A stretch of 64,000 nt of DNA from Chiloscyllium plagiosum (Eukaryota). This document shows positions 61,889 to 64,000 of this stretch, piece after piece. The position numbers were made by a program, and so were the translations under genes. The notes under the pieces are model-generated. The model saw nothing but the letters and a program-made list of their open reading frames with translations. It ran no database searches and had not been told where the DNA came from. Each line of letters begins with the position of its first letter. Positions within the stretch are counted from its first letter, which is position 1. The stretch lies in the NCBI RefSeq assembly GCF_004010195.1, contig NC_057719.1, positions 46,542,137-46,606,136 on the forward strand, given 5' to 3'.

Positions 61889-62814
61889 TAAAAAAACTCC
61901 ATGATGGTTTACTCTGGAAATTTTTTTCTTAATGTAAGTTTGTAGCTCTTTCCCAATTGGAAGTAGTGCTTTATCCTCCACTGTCCACTTCAATTAACAT
62001 AATGGCAACTTATGCAATCCTGTCACCACATTGCAGAAGTATGGAAGGTAAGATTGAGCACAGTTTAGCTATTCTGAAATGAAGTTTATTTGTTTTGTGT
62101 TATATTTCCATTTTCTGTAGTAATTGGTAGCTGGTAATAGCTCATGCATTCTGAGGTTTGAAACAGGTTTTCTGCATTTCCTATGATTTTGCCAAATCTT
62201 AACCACATTTAAATTTCTTTTGAATACAATGTGCCTCTTGCCAACAATGCAGTTGGGTTTGGCAAGCTTTGTTTCTTGAAAAATGAAGAAATTATAAAGA
62301 TTAGTTTTCATCAAAAACATTTTAGTCTAAAGCCTGTTTTTTCTCAATGAACCATTGTGTCCTTCTGTCATTTTTCATTTGAGTTATACTTTAATTCAGT
62401 ACAGACTGGGTAACCATGCTAACATCTCCAGTGTTTGACGGTGGCTCAGATCTTTCTCTTTATTGTGATGGTTTATACTCTAAATCAATCCAATACCACT
62501 TGTTCTCATACCCAAGCTATGTCAATAGTCAAAAGCTGAATCAGTTGTACAGGAAGTTGTACTGAAGGAAAAACCCAGTGTAGTTTTTTTTAACTGACCT
62601 CTCAAGAAAGTGCTGCCATAATTTGAACCAGCCATGATCTCAAGGAGCGAAAAGGACTACACTGGCTCCTATGTCTTTAACCTTTATTAGTTAATCAAAC
62701 GGAAGATATCAACATCAAATGGTTTCAGAAATGGAATTGATTTGTTTTAATTTTGAAGTTGGCTGTTTTTCTTCAATTAATCAGAATTCAAAGTGAAATG
62801 CCAAGATCCAAGGT

Positions 62815-63062
62815 TAGAGTCATACAACATGGACACAGACCGTTTGGTCCAACCCGCCCACACCGACCAGACAGGTCAATCTGACTGCGTCCCATTTGCC
62901 AGCAAATCCCTCCAAACCCATCCAGATGCCTTATAAATGTTGTAATTGTACCAGCCTCCACCACTTCCTCTGGCAGCTGATTCCATACATGTACCACCCT
63001 CTGTGTGAAACATTTATCTCTCAAGTCCTTTCTAAATCTTTCCCCTCTCACCTTAAACCTAC
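62815..63062 (-). mobile_element. CR1 3' end
   Basis: RFKVRGERFRKDLRDKCFTQRVVHVWNQLP; tagagtcata tail. Confidence 0.9.
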
Positions 63063-63069
63063 ATAACGT

Positions 63070-63580
63070 ACCTATAAGTGATCTGGAGAAAAATGGAGGT
63101 GGTCTGATTTGCAAGTTTGAGGATGACATCAAAAGTGGTGGAGTTGCAAATTGTGAGGGGTATTGTCAAAGCATCCAACAGGGATAAAGACAGATTGCAG
63201 ATTTTGGAAGAGAAACGGCAGATAGAGTTTAACCAGACAAATGTGAGGTAATGCATTTTGGAAGATCAAGATTAGGCGCAAATTATACAATAAAAGTTTG
63301 GACCCTTAGGGACATTTAAGTACAGAGGGATCTGGGCACACAGATGCACAGCACTGTGAACGTGGCAACACAGCTGGCCAAGAAGGCAAACAGCACCATT
63401 GCCTCCATTGGCCAGGGCATTGAATATAAGAGTTATTGTTATAGCTGTCAAAAACATTAGTTCGGCCAAATTTGGAATATTAAATGCATAAGGATGAGGA
63501 TGCTTTGAAGAGGGTGTAGAAAATGTTAACCAGGACATTACCTGTCTGGAGGGTTTCAGGTATGAGAAGGGGTTGGATAA
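63070..63580 (+). mobile_element. Decayed CR1 RT fragment
   Basis: ICKFEDDIKSGG..DKCEVMHFG..QRDLG. Confidence 0.85.
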
Positions 63581-63765
63581 TATAACAAGATGGCAGCAGA
63601 GCAAGACGCTCCAGCCAGAGCTCCTCTGCTCCACCCGTTCTGCTGTTTTCGTTCCTTCTTTTTCTCCTTTTCAGGAATGGAGGAGCTAGTGAGCACAGGA
63701 GACCAATCATGGAGCAGTGGCAAGCCTGCGGGAGGGTAAGCAGTCCCGGATCAGTGGCTGGTAGG

Positions 63766-64000
63766 AGTAGCAACTCGCACGGGGAAGCAGTCCCGGAGTA
63801 GCAACTCGACGGGGAAGCAGTCCCAGAGTAGCGGCCGACACAGGGAAGCAGTCCCAGAGTAGCAACTCGCACGGGGAAGCAGTCCCAGAGTAGCAACTCG
63901 CACGGGGAAGCAGTCCCAGAGTAGCGGCCGACACAGGGAAGCAGTCCCGGAGTAGCAGCCGACACAGGGAAGCAGTCCCAGAGTAGCAGCCGATACGGGG
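63766..64000 (+). repeat. 30-31 bp GC-rich minisatellite, at least 7 units, truncated by the window end
   Basis: Unit RGGGAAGCAGTCCCRGAGTAGC followed by AACTCGCAC or RGCCGACAC. Confidence 0.95.

Noticed and set aside
61751..61993. His/Thr-rich ORF
   Set aside because: Antisense translation of the TG microsatellite
62815..63580. Twin-priming inversion of one CR1
   Set aside because: The geometry fits, but the + piece looks more decayed and from a different subfamily, and no TSD is visible
63480..63965. 161-aa repetitive ORF
   Set aside because: Translation of the minisatellite running into an antisense CR1 fragment
63766..64000. CRISPR-like array of ~31-bp repeats
   Set aside because: Units are head-to-tail with no unique spacers, there are no cas genes, and the context is vertebrate; it is a minisatellite

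Overview
AT-rich, CpG-depleted vertebrate DNA, very probably from a shark or ray. This is inferred from HE1-type V-SINEs, HER1/CR1-type LINEs with (CTCTATGA)n and (TTCTATG)n tails, and Deu-domain-like SINEs. I find no confidently recognisable host protein-coding gene, so the window looks like a large intron or gene desert. Roughly half is transposon-derived: many CR1 fragments (often nested), one internally deleted CR1 with a TSD, an RTE-clade LINE 3' end, decayed Harbinger relics, candidate solo LTRs and Penelope-like (PLE) pieces. Several unique islands look like conserved non-coding elements. The most striking signal is a set of about 14 short PLE-derived elements in three sequence families carrying minimal hammerhead-ribozyme cores (CUGANGA-A-stemII-GAA-palindrome-H). 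Six are fold-back palindromes with 11-16 bp TSDs, and their inversion junctions fall in or next to the ribozyme. One copy has strand-specific T>C hypermutation suggestive of ADAR editing. Repeat boundaries were read by eye and are approximate unless a TSD is quoted. Family names come from recognition, not a database search.
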